A stretch of 32,000 nucleotides of DNA from a cyanobacterium endosymbiont of Epithemia turgida isolate EtSB Lake Yunoko (lineage in GTDB: Bacteria > Cyanobacteriota > Cyanobacteriia > Cyanobacteriales > Microcystaceae): contig NZ_AP012549.1 in assembly GCF_000829235.1 (NCBI RefSeq), positions 1,800,001 to 1,832,000 of the forward strand, written 5' to 3'. The notes under the pieces are model-generated. The model had not been told where the DNA came from, did not search any database, and saw only the letters and a list, made by a program, of their open reading frames with translations. The position numbers were made by a program, and so were the translations under genes. Positions 10,020-19,562 of the stretch are shown piece after piece. Position 1 is the first letter of the stretch; each line of letters opens with the position of its first letter.

Positions 10020-10979
10020 ATGAAACGAATTTTTTTGACAGGTGCGAGTGGTTGTATTGGTCATTACATGACAGAAGCTTTAATCGAAGAAACGGCTCAT
10101 GAGCTTTTTTTGTTAGTCAGAAATCCTCAAAAACTACAAGTTGATTATAAAGCTCGTCCTAATATTCATCTTTTAATAGGAGATTTAGAAAGTGTTGGTC
10201 AATTTAAGGAATTACTAAAAACTATTAATATTGCTATTTTAGCTGCAACCAGTTGGGGAGGAATTAAAGAATCTTATGAGATTAATGTTGTTAGGATGTT
10301 GGAATTAATTAACTTATTTGATATCGAAATATGTGAACAGATTATTTATTTTTCTACTGCAAGTATTTTAAATAAAAACAATAATCTTCTTGCTGCAGCA
10401 GGAAAATTAGGTACTAATTATATTAGCACCAAACACACCTGTTATACTAAACTTCTTTACTTACCTATTGCAAAAAAAATTACTACTATTTTTCCTACAT
10501 TGGTATTTGGAGGCGAAGAAAATAAACCTTTTTCTCATTTATCTGGTGGATTTTCTGATGTCGTCAAATGGATTGACTTAATTCGTTGGTTTAAAGCGGA
10601 TGGGAGTTTTCATTATATTCATGCTAAAGACATAGCTCAAGTTATTAAATATTTAGTTGATCATCCTCCTAGTGAGTCTAAGATTAAACAGTTAGTGTTA
10701 GGAAACAAGGCAATTACAGTTGATGAAGCAATCACTCAAATTTGTGCTTATCTTAATAAGAAAATCTATTTTCGCATTCCTTTAAATATTGCTCTAATAA
10801 ATCTCTTTACTGCTATTTTTCAATTGAAGATGGAGGATTGGGATCGCTTCTCAATTAATTATCGCCATTTTGTTTATAAAGCCCCTGTAACTCCGGCAAC
10901 CTTTGGATTGAAAAATTATTGTACAACTGTAGATGATATTTTAAGGTTAAATGGAATTCCTAAAAAGACGAATACATAG
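10020..10979 (+). CDS. NAD-dependent epimerase/dehydratase family (extended SDR) protein
   Basis: 319-aa ORF. N-terminal Rossmann motif LTGASGCIGHY (GxxGxxG). Substrate cannot be assigned. Confidence 0.7.
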   Translation: MKRIFLTGASGCIGHYMTEALIEETAHELFLLVRNPQKLQVDYKARPNIHLLIGDLESVGQFKELLKTINIAILAATSWGGIKESYEINVVRMLELINLFDIEICEQIIYFSTASILNKNNNLLAAAGKLGTNYISTKHTCYTKLLYLPIAKKITTIFPTLVFGGEENKPFSHLSGGFSDVVKWIDLIRWFKADGSFHYIHAKDIAQVIKYLVDHPPSESKIKQLVLGNKAITVDEAITQICAYLNKKIYFRIPLNIALINLFTAIFQLKMEDWDRFSINYRHFVYKAPVTPATFGLKNYCTTVDDILRLNGIPKKTNT

Positions 10980-11310
10980 AAATAAATTAATGGATCCTAG
11001 GATAGGTAAATATAATAGCTATTTTGTTTAACTATGTATGTCCCAAATTTTTGCTCACCCTACAAGAAAATGGGACACCAGGGGTGATTATTTGGCTAAT
11101 TGTGCCATTATCATCCTAACTTAACCCCAAATGCTTCGTTTAGCTGATTTTACTGGTGGATTCTTCAGGACAAGTTGTTGATATATCCTGATAATAGAAA
11201 CAAGAATCCTTTTTAGGTTTAAACAATGGGACTGAATCTAGCAAACTGAGAACTTACCTCAATCGGACATTTAGTTAATCATAATAATGGAATAAGGAAA
11301 TGGTAAATTC

Positions 11311-12765
11311 TTGAACCCAACTGTTCTAACCACAATGTCTCAACCTGACTTTGACAATTATTGGAATCCTGATCACTTAGATCAAGCAATTCTGGGTTTT
11401 CAAGAGATTCAGGAGGAAATTAACTACAAAAAAGCTCAAAATACAATGAGAGGGCTAGTTAATCATCTCGACTTAACCATATCTGAACAAGTGGGATTAG
11501 AAACTGAATTAAATCATCTAACGGCAATGTTAGAAAAATTGGATCAGTCTGTGGTACAAATAGCTGCTTTTGGGATGGTGGGACGGGGAAAGTCTTCGGT
11601 TTTAAACTCCCTTTTAGGTCAAACAATTTTTGAAACAGGTCCCTTACATGGGGTGACAAAAACTGTAGATAATGCTTACTGGCAATTAAACTCCGATGAA
11701 ACCCATGAAGAAGTTCAAAGACTGGAATTATCAGGGTGGGAAAATTCCCAAATACAGTTAATTGATACTCCTGGAATTGATGAAGTGGGTGGTAAAACAC
11801 GTGAAGCATTAGCCCATGAAATAGCTAGGCAGGCAGATTTAATCTTATTTATTATCGCCGGAGATATGAATAATCTGGAATATGAAACCCTGTGTCAGTT
11901 ACGGGAAGTGGGAAAACCGATGATTTTAGCCTTTAACAAAATTGATCAGTATCCTGAAGCTGATCGCCTGACAATTTATCAAAAAATTCGGGATGATAGG
12001 GTAAAAGAATTGTTATCTCCCGACGAAATTGTGATGGTTGCTGCTTCTCCTCTAGTGAGGGAAATGATAAGGAATCAAGAAGGGACCTTAAAACAACAAC
12101 GGAGGCGAGGAAAACCACAAGTTGAAGCCCTTAAATTGAAAATTTTTGAAATTTTGCATCGAGAGGGAAAGTCTCTGGTAGCTTTAAACACAATGCTGTA
12201 CGCCTCAGAAGTCAATGAACAAATTGTGAAACGAAAGCTGGTAATCCGAGAAGAGGCGGCTAATCAATTAATTCAGAAGGCAGTGATAGCTAAAGCTGTA
12301 GCGATTGCTCTTAACCCTGTGACGGTGATCGATTTATTGACAGGAGCAGTGGTGGATGTGGCGATGATTTTGTCTTTGTCTAGATTGTATGGAGTAGATA
12401 TGACTCAACAAGGAGCAATCGCTTTGCTGCAAAAAATTGGGGTAAGTATGGGATGTATTACTGGAAGCGAATTTGTGGCTTCTTTTGGCTTGAGTTTTCT
12501 TAAAAGTTTATTAGGACTAGCTACACCAATCACGGGAGGTACTTCTTTGCTACCCTATGTTTCTGTAGCTATTACTCAAGGTGGTGTTGCAGGGGCGTCG
12601 TGTTATGCTATTGGACAAGTAACAAAACGTTATTTAGCCAATGGGGCTTCCTGGGGGCCTGAAGGTCCAAAGACAGTGGTCAAAAGCATCCTATCATCTT
12701 TAGATCAGTCCTCTATTTTAAATCGCATTAAGTGGGAATTAGGAGCAAAATTGAAACGGAGCTAG
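11311..12765 (+). CDS. P-loop GTPase with hydrophobic C-terminal domain (DUF697/YcjF-like architecture)
   Basis: 484 codons from TTG. An ATG at 11335 is the more likely start. G1 GMVGRGKSS, G3 DTPG, G4 NKID. The C-terminal third is Gly/Ala-rich and hydrophobic. Confidence 0.8.
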   Translation: MNPTVLTTMSQPDFDNYWNPDHLDQAILGFQEIQEEINYKKAQNTMRGLVNHLDLTISEQVGLETELNHLTAMLEKLDQSVVQIAAFGMVGRGKSSVLNSLLGQTIFETGPLHGVTKTVDNAYWQLNSDETHEEVQRLELSGWENSQIQLIDTPGIDEVGGKTREALAHEIARQADLILFIIAGDMNNLEYETLCQLREVGKPMILAFNKIDQYPEADRLTIYQKIRDDRVKELLSPDEIVMVAASPLVREMIRNQEGTLKQQRRRGKPQVEALKLKIFEILHREGKSLVALNTMLYASEVNEQIVKRKLVIREEAANQLIQKAVIAKAVAIALNPVTVIDLLTGAVVDVAMILSLSRLYGVDMTQQGAIALLQKIGVSMGCITGSEFVASFGLSFLKSLLGLATPITGGTSLLPYVSVAITQGGVAGASCYAIGQVTKRYLANGASWGPEGPKTVVKSILSSLDQSSILNRIKWELGAKLKRS

Positions 12766-12970
12766 TCGTTGCCAGCTTTATTTGTCAGTTGTTGAGAATA
12801 ACAAAAGTGTTTTTAAATCTCGTCGAACTTACATTGTTAAAACTAAATATGGCGAATCAATTTCATTAGTTAACGTTCACTAAACTTATTAATGGAGTGG
12901 TTATCTTTCAAGTTTTTTCTGATTTATTTGTCATAATTACATCCTTTGCTGGGTATAAAGTAGTCGAAGC

Positions 12971-13225
12971 CTAAAGGGTGATTGCAGCTGCTTTCACAAT
13001 TTTTATCCATTCTTTCTCGTCTTTTATCGGAGCCATCCTTTTATTGGCTAGCTCAACTGCATTGGAGTTTAAGATATCACGCTTTTGTATAAGGAAATTT
13101 TTGTAATAGTAGGACTGATCGCTCCTGCAACAGTTTAACTATTACAAGCTTACTATCAAGACCAACTTTTTCTGAGTCACTACTAACCCGAATCGTAGCT
13201 GTAGTAGTATTGGTAACTTTATTGA
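12971..13225 (-). pseudogene. Possible gene relic (two adjoining open frames, no start codon)
   Basis: Minus strand reads ..TATIRVSSDSEKVGLDSKLVIVKLLQERSVLLLQKFPYTKA*. After a 1-nt frame change at about 13078 it reads DILNSNAVELANKRMAPIKDEKEWIKIVKAAAITL*. The composition is protein-like, but there is no start codon and no recognised family. Confidence 0.3.
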
Positions 13226-13322
13226 AACATTAAATTATACTCAGATTTTAGTTCCTTTCGAGGCTATAGTAGGAGTCCCATACAATATTGTTCGCTCTTA
13301 ATTAGTTCGTGTTTTTCCAAGT

Positions 13323-14435
13323 TTAAAATCCATCAATTACAGGATAAAAATAAAACGCTAATCCAATCACAATATAAGTTGCTAATAACAAGATTCCTTC
13401 TAACCAATTAGACCGACCATCAGCACTAATAGAATTAGTAATTAAAACAGCGACAGCAACAACTACTAATTCAAAAGGATTAAAACTAAGATCCATCGAT
13501 TTACCTGTAATCCATCCTGAAATAACCAACACTGGAGCAATAAATAGAGCAATTTGCAAGCTTGAACCTACTGCAATAGCCATAGATAAATCCATTTTAT
13601 CTTTAATCGCAACCGTCACTGCCGTAGTATGTTCTGCAGCGTTACTCACAATGGGAAGTAGTATGATCCCAGTAAATAAAGAGGTTAGTCCTAAAGATTC
13701 TGTAGCTTCTTCTAGGGAATTAACTAATAATTCCGATTCAATAGCAACCCCAAGAGTTATTAACAATAAGAGAAACCCCCATTGTCCTATATTAACTTTT
13801 TTAAAGTATTCTTCACTAAATTCTGATAAGTCTCTATTTTCCATTTCCAGTATTCCCACATCATAAAGATAGGCATGGGTTTTCATCGAAAAAATTAGAG
13901 TTAAAATATAAACAGTAATTAAAACGATAGCTACAGCAACTGAAAAATTTTGTAGAGTTTGTTTTTCAATTCCTGTGGAAGTATATTGAACGGCTGTCGG
14001 TAAGAGAATAGCGACTATTGCTAAATTCATTGAGGATGCATTTAATCGGGCAGCCACAGGTTGAAATTCCTGTTCTTTGTAGCGAAGTCCCCCGAATAAC
14101 ATGGAACAGCCTACAACTAACAATAAATTCCCAATAATTGAACCTGTAATGGTGGCTTTGACCACACCAATTAATCCCTCTTTGAGAGCAATTAATGCTA
14201 AAATTAGCTCGGTGGCATTTCCAAAAGTAGCATTGAGTAATCCTCCTAAATTTGGACCAACAACTACTGCGATTGCTTCTGTTACTTCCCCCATAAAAGC
14301 AGCTAACGGAACAATGGCTAAAGCAGCAGTGATAAAAACTACTTTAGAACCCCACTGGAAATAATTAGCCGCAAAAGATAAGGGAATAAATAGCAATAGT
14401 AAAAACAAGAGGTTCTTTTTAGTTATCATGAACAA
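13323..14435 (-). CDS. cax: Ca2+/H+ antiporter (CaCA / CAX family)
   Basis: 370-aa polytopic membrane ORF. It carries the two CAX alpha-repeat signatures, GNATELI and SNAAEH. Confidence 0.9.
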   Translation of the reverse strand: MFMITKKNLLFLLLLFIPLSFAANYFQWGSKVVFITAALAIVPLAAFMGEVTEAIAVVVGPNLGGLLNATFGNATELILALIALKEGLIGVVKATITGSIIGNLLLVVGCSMLFGGLRYKEQEFQPVAARLNASSMNLAIVAILLPTAVQYTSTGIEKQTLQNFSVAVAIVLITVYILTLIFSMKTHAYLYDVGILEMENRDLSEFSEEYFKKVNIGQWGFLLLLITLGVAIESELLVNSLEEATESLGLTSLFTGIILLPIVSNAAEHTTAVTVAIKDKMDLSMAIAVGSSLQIALFIAPVLVISGWITGKSMDLSFNPFELVVVAVAVLITNSISADGRSNWLEGILLLATYIVIGLAFYFYPVIDGF

Positions 14436-14613
14436 TGAGCTATCTTTAATTAGAGAAAATTTATCTTTAATCTAGCTTTAGTTTAAGTCATTCTTAGAAT
14501 CATCATGTTCTTTCATATTGGAATTACGATCAAGTGATCAAAGCCTCTGTTTGATTTCATGATGTCTCTTTTAGTTAGGTTTTCTGAACAAGAAATCATC
14601 ATAATTTCTATCT

Positions 14614-15165
14614 ATGGCACGTAGACCTCGCGATTATCATTCCCGTTCTATACCGCCTCGTTATTCTTCTCCAGAACCTTCTGATTCCAAATTTAATTAC
14701 GCTAATGTCGCCTTATTAGGGGGAATTTTTATCTTAGGAATTGGCGTTGGTATTGGAGTTAGTTCCACCGCAAGTTTTGACCCCCAAAATGTTGCCTCAC
14801 GGGAAGTCATTGACAAAAGTGTACCTGACGCTGAACTTTGTGTTCAATTTGGGGCTAGTGCTATTGTCACTGACATGCGGGTTTTTATTACCCTTAACCC
14901 TTTCAGTGTCTTTGTCACTCAACCGGCAATGCAACCAGGATGTGTATTACGCCGTGCTAATATGAGTTTCCTTGAACAACAAAAGTTGGTTACAGGGGAA
15001 CAGGTGAAAGACTGTAAAAATCGGATGAATACTTTTGGATTTACAGGTTCTCTTGAGATTAAACCGGAAATTAATTGTATTTATCCTAATGATGCCGCGG
15101 GAAATCTCTTTTTGAACCCCACAGGCTCGGTAAACCCCCCTCGTTCAGAAACCGATAATTTTTAA
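14614..15165 (+). CDS. Conserved-looking single-pass membrane protein (possibly DUF3172 family)
   Basis: 183-aa ORF. Arg/Pro-rich N-terminus, one TM (VALLGGIFILGIGVGIGV), Cys-containing C-terminal domain. The family assignment is from memory, not verified. Confidence 0.6.
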   Translation: MARRPRDYHSRSIPPRYSSPEPSDSKFNYANVALLGGIFILGIGVGIGVSSTASFDPQNVASREVIDKSVPDAELCVQFGASAIVTDMRVFITLNPFSVFVTQPAMQPGCVLRRANMSFLEQQKLVTGEQVKDCKNRMNTFGFTGSLEIKPEINCIYPNDAAGNLFLNPTGSVNPPRSETDNF

Positions 15166-15540
15166 ACACTGATGCCCATCATAATCGAGCCCAAAGGGAT
15201 ACCCGGTTCAATGATAATCTGATCGCGGTATTCCGAAAAGAATTCTTTTAAGCGAAAAGAAGCAAATTTAATTTATAACAATATCTAGATAAATTTTGGC
15301 TTAATCTTAGAATTATAGTCATTTTTGTCTTTTTTTATCACTTAAATAGATTTAAGGTGAAACAAGATCTTAGTTCGGTGCGTCCACTAAATTATTAATA
15401 ATTTAGTAGAGTGATTTCTAGTTTGTGACTGAAAGTAGAAGTTAAGGTGTATCAACCTTTAACAACCACTAAAAATCAATAGTCATAATCAACTTAATCA
15501 CTGATAATTGATAAGACTAATCAATTTCTAGTTTAAACTT

Positions 15541-17427
15541 ATGTGTGGAATCGTTGGCTATATCGGAACTCAAACAGCAACGGATATTCTAATGAGCGGT
15601 TTAGAGAGATTAGAATATCGAGGTTATGATTCAGCAGGAGTAGCTACTCTCCTAGAAGGAAACATCCACTGTGTACGAGCTAAGGGAAAATTGTATAATC
15701 TGCGCGAAAAATTAGAACGGGATGTTAACCCTTCTCAAGTTGGCATTGGGCACACCCGTTGGGCGACTCATGGTAAACCTGAAGAATATAATGCCCATCC
15801 TCACATGGATGCAAACAAGCAGATAGCTGTGGTGCAAAATGGTATTATTGAAAATTATCGAGATTTGCGTGAAGAATTAATCGGTCAGGGTTATGAATTT
15901 CTCTCCGAAACTGACACAGAAGTCATTCCTCATTTAATTGCTCAATTTCTCCCTAAAACTTCGAACTATGATGATTTACTTACTGCTGTTCAAAAAACGA
16001 TTCATCGTCTTAGAGGATCTTTCGCAATTGCAGTTATTTGTGCAAACTATCCTGATGAATTAATTGTGGCGCGAAATCAAGCTCCACTCATTATTGGCTT
16101 TGGTCAAGGAGAATTTTTCTGCGCTTCTGATGTCACTGCCCTAGTTCCTCATACCCATGCAGTTTTGTCGATGGAAAATGGGGAAATTGCCCGTTTAACT
16201 CCCCTTGGGGTAGAAGTCTACGATTCTACCTTACAACGCCTGAAAAAGCTTCCTAGAACCCTTGACTGGACAGCAACTACGGTGGAAAAACAAGGGTTTC
16301 GTCACTTTATGTTAAAGGAAATTTATGAACAACCTTTGGTGGTTAGAAGTTGTTTAGAAACCTATTTACACAATGATTGGTATGCTCAAAATGGTGATAA
16401 TTTAAGTCCCATTGATTTAGGATCAGCATCTGAATTGTGCGATAACGTCGATTATATTCAAATTGTTGCTTGTGGAACTAGTTGGAATGCGAGTTTAGTT
16501 GGAAAGTATCTACTCGAACAAATTGCAGGAATTCCGACGATGGTACAATATGCCTCAGAATTTCGTTATTCTCCTGCACCGATGATGGCAAATACCTTAA
16601 CCATTGGTGTTACCCAGTCAGGAGAAACTGCGGATACTTTGGCCGCATTAGAAATGGAAAAGCAACGACGCATTGGGTTAGTTTCTCCCTATGACGCGCG
16701 AATTTTAGGGATTACAAACCGCCCCGAAAGTACCCTGTCCCACATGGTAGATCGTATTATAAATACCCAAGCTGGTATTGAAATTGGGGTAGCGGCCACC
16801 AAAAGTTTTACGGCTCAATTAATGGGATTTTATTTCTTAGCTATTCACTTAGCTCATCGTAAACATTATTTAACAGTGGACAAGATTAGTACCTTAATTA
16901 AGGGCTTACGAGAACTACCATCTCAAATTGAGATTATTTTAGAAAAACAAGAGAAAAAAATTGAAGAATTAGCCCATGAATTTGCTGATACTAAAGACTT
17001 TATATTTATAGGACGTAGCATTAATTTTCCTATTGCTTTAGAAGGATCTTTAAAATTAAAAGAAATCAGTTATATTCATGCTGCAGGATATCCCGCAGGA
17101 GAGATGAAACATGGACCTATTGCCTTATTAGATTCTAAAGTTCCAGTCGTTGCGATTGCAATGCCTGGGCTGGTTTACGATAAAATATTATCCAATGCAC
17201 AAGAGGCCAAAGCAAGAGATGCAAGGTTAATTGGGGTAACACCTATTGATAATAATGAAGCGCGCTCAATATTTGATGATTTGCTGTTAGTTCCTCATGT
17301 TGATGAATTGTTATCCCCGATAATTACAGTTATTCCCTTACAATTGTTAGCCTATCATATTGCTGCTAGACGGGGGCTAGATGTAGACCAACCTCGTAAT
17401 TTAGCTAAGAGTGTAACTGTTGAATAA
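15541..17427 (+). CDS. glmS: Glutamine--fructose-6-phosphate aminotransferase (isomerising)
   Basis: 628-aa ORF. N-terminal MCGIVGY (Cys nucleophile of class II amidotransferase), two SIS-type halves, canonical C-terminus LAKSVTVE. Confidence 0.97.
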   Translation: MCGIVGYIGTQTATDILMSGLERLEYRGYDSAGVATLLEGNIHCVRAKGKLYNLREKLERDVNPSQVGIGHTRWATHGKPEEYNAHPHMDANKQIAVVQNGIIENYRDLREELIGQGYEFLSETDTEVIPHLIAQFLPKTSNYDDLLTAVQKTIHRLRGSFAIAVICANYPDELIVARNQAPLIIGFGQGEFFCASDVTALVPHTHAVLSMENGEIARLTPLGVEVYDSTLQRLKKLPRTLDWTATTVEKQGFRHFMLKEIYEQPLVVRSCLETYLHNDWYAQNGDNLSPIDLGSASELCDNVDYIQIVACGTSWNASLVGKYLLEQIAGIPTMVQYASEFRYSPAPMMANTLTIGVTQSGETADTLAALEMEKQRRIGLVSPYDARILGITNRPESTLSHMVDRIINTQAGIEIGVAATKSFTAQLMGFYFLAIHLAHRKHYLTVDKISTLIKGLRELPSQIEIILEKQEKKIEELAHEFADTKDFIFIGRSINFPIALEGSLKLKEISYIHAAGYPAGEMKHGPIALLDSKVPVVAIAMPGLVYDKILSNAQEAKARDARLIGVTPIDNNEARSIFDDLLLVPHVDELLSPIITVIPLQLLAYHIAARRGLDVDQPRNLAKSVTVE

Positions 17428-17856
17428 TTATCAATTTGAGGCTAAAAAATAATATAAAAAGGAATAAAAAAATTGTTTATTTCGAGTAGGCTGATTTAAA
17501 TCTATTTAAGAAAAAAATTATTATTATTTATTTGATTAGGTTTATTAAAAAAAACATCGTTTACATTATCATTGATAAACCTAATCGTGCTATAGATTGT
17601 CCCCTAAAATCATTAGTAATTCTACTAAGTTATCATTTTTAAAAAAGATAGAAGTTATACATTAATCATAACTAATAGAATTAGATAAAAAATAACTTAG
17701 ACTCTTTATTAACTTATAAAATATTGAAGATATACTAAAAGATCGTATCAAATGATTTTTAATTATTTTACTACAATAAATGTGTCATTAACTTATACAC
17801 TGTTTTAATTTTTGTTTCTCTTTGTTCTAAACTAGTTAAAATAGGTCGAGTACTAT

Positions 17857-17890
17857 ATACGCTTTTTAAGCGTATCTTTTCAATTTTTTG
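17857..17890 (+). terminator. Intrinsic terminator, orphan (about 430 nt past the glmS stop)
   Basis: 8-bp stem atacgctt/aagcgtat with a ttt loop, immediately followed by cttttcaattttttg. No U-tract on the opposite strand. Confidence 0.6.
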
Positions 17891-18472
17891 ATTGAATTAA
17901 ACAAATAACCTTGCTCCTAAATTAATAATACTTAAATTTATTTAATCATTTTAAAAATGTAACCTGTAGTTATTTTATTAGAAATTCAATATAATTGAAG
18001 TAAGGACTATCAGTCCCTATTTATAGTTCTAAAAACCTAAGTATGCATTACTACTAATTTTATTAAAAACTTCTATGATAGTAGTTTAGATGAAACTAGT
18101 TTCTTTAATTCATACTTTACAGGTGTGTAAAAAATAGTACATTAAATCATTATTCAGGGCATAAGTTCTACAAAGTGTTTGTAGCTTACTAGATTAGGAA
18201 ATACTTATTTGCAATAGGCACCTATAATGTTTAAAATTTTTTAAACATTATATTACAATCCTCATAACTTCACCTTTTATAAAACAAGAAAAATATATTT
18301 TTCTATTAAAAATTATCCATATGGATAATTTTTTTGTCTATAAAACTCTATTTCTAGACAAATCTTCTTCCGGGTTTTTTATGTTTCTAATTTTAGCTTA
18401 TTTATTTTTTGATACCTATAAGCTTTGTTTCTGGCTATCTAGACTTTTTAGTACGTATATATAACTTATATT

Positions 18473-18844
18473 CTATTGAGTAATATTATTTACCCATAAT
18501 TGAGTCATCTTGATTTGAGTTTTAGCACCATTTTGTTGAACACACAACTTTAGCTTTTGTTTATTATTGATAATAATATGTCTTCCTTCTTTATGAGCAA
18601 TTTCTATAGGATAGACTACTTATTTTGCTGAATTTAAACATAAAAAAATATTTAAATTGAGTTTTAATAAACGATATCCTTCATTTTTTATGTTATTTTT
18701 GTCCTTTTCTAACCGTGTTTTGTCGTAAATATTAACTATAAGGCGCTGGCATAACTGATAATACTTACTTAAACATTTGATTATTTCTTTTCTCATTAAA
18801 ACCTGTATTAATATTTTTGTATAGTGCCATAGCTGCTGCGACAA
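18473..18844 (-). pseudogene. ORF interrupted by an in-frame TAA (gene relic or read-through candidate)
   Basis: A 74-codon frame from TTG 18844 ends at TAA 18620-18622. The same frame continues open for 48 more codons (VVYPIEIAHKEGRHIIINNKQKLKLCVQQNGAKTQIKMTQLWVNNITQ) to TAG 18473-18475. No ATG start and no recognised family. Confidence 0.35.
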
Positions 18845-19013
18845 AACCTTAATAAATAAAAGCTACAAGCCTTGCTTTATAAAAATTACAAGGTTTTAAA
18901 AACTTAATCGTATAAAGACTGAGTTATTCTAGTTATAGAATAGACTTACAGTTAAAATTATAGGAGTTATTAGCTACTATTTTAGTAATCTAAGTCTAAA
19001 AAAGCTTTTATTT

Positions 19014-19562
19014 TTATTTTTTACTAGTTACTTTATATTGAGTTTTATGAGGGGCTTTTTCCCACCAGGAATTCAAAGGATAATAGAACACAGGGGCCCA
19101 TAAACTACTCAAAATTGCTGAGGACAAGACTAATTGTCGATAGTCCCTAGTAATTTCTTCTAAAGGACGTATTTTACCCGCAAAATATTGAATTGCTGTA
19201 ACGGTTTCCACTAAAAAAACCATAACAAAGACAATCAAAGCAATCGAAATAAAGTCCTCTTGAAGATAGCGTTGTTTTTGTAAACGAGCTGTCAAAAATC
19301 CTACTAATACTAGACCAAAAACATGAGAGGGATAAGATCCTGTCAATCCATCTTGAATTAATCCTAACAACAGTCCTGCCATTACCCCTTGAAAAACAGT
19401 CCGATTGACACTCCAAATGACCACCCAAATTAACACCCAATTAGTACCAATGCCTAACAACTCTGTCCCAGGAAAACGAGTGGGAGACAGTAATAAACAT
19501 AGGGTAATAGACCCGCCAATCACCAAAATATTTATAAAATAATAACGAAACCAAAACATCAT
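19014..19562 (-). CDS. mreD: Rod shape-determining protein MreD
   Basis: 182-aa polytopic membrane ORF. Its start overlaps the mreC stop by 4 nt (ATGA). It holds the third position in the mreBCD order. Confidence 0.85.
   Translation of the reverse strand: MMFWFRYYFINILVIGGSITLCLLLSPTRFPGTELLGIGTNWVLIWVVIWSVNRTVFQGVMAGLLLGLIQDGLTGSYPSHVFGLVLVGFLTARLQKQRYLQEDFISIALIVFVMVFLVETVTAIQYFAGKIRPLEEITRDYRQLVLSSAILSSLWAPVFYYPLNSWWEKAPHKTQYKVTSKK

Noticed and set aside
11459-12118. ORFs 11459-11809 (-) and 11933-12118 (-)
   Set aside because: Antisense to the GTPase gene, whose G1/G3/G4 motifs fix the true frame.
13651-14364. ORFs 13651-13866 (+) and 14101-14364 (+)
   Set aside because: Antisense to the CAX antiporter gene.
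14741-14965. 74-aa ORF in an alternative frame of the DUF3172-like gene
   Set aside because: It is the same strand, fully nested and shorter than the main frame, with a Leu/Val/Ser-rich shadow-frame composition.
15166-15540. Possible glmS ribozyme in the glmS leader
   Set aside because: That ribozyme is characteristic of Gram-positive lineages. I see none of its conserved core, only simple AT palindromes.
16482-16694. 70-aa ORF in an alternative frame within glmS
   Set aside because: Nested in a conserved gene with no independent support.
18308-18333. Replication origin suggested by inverted DnaA-box-like TTATCCATA pair in an AT-rich spacer
   Set aside because: Only this one palindromic pair is present. 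I found no further TCCACA/TGTGGA-type boxes in 17428-19013, and no dnaA or dnaN nearby. The structural palindrome is kept as a finding, but the oriC call is rejected.
18620-18844. 74-aa ORF as an intact gene
   Set aside because: It has a TTG start and no SD, and the frame continues past an in-frame TAA. It is reported instead as a probable pseudogene (18473-18844).
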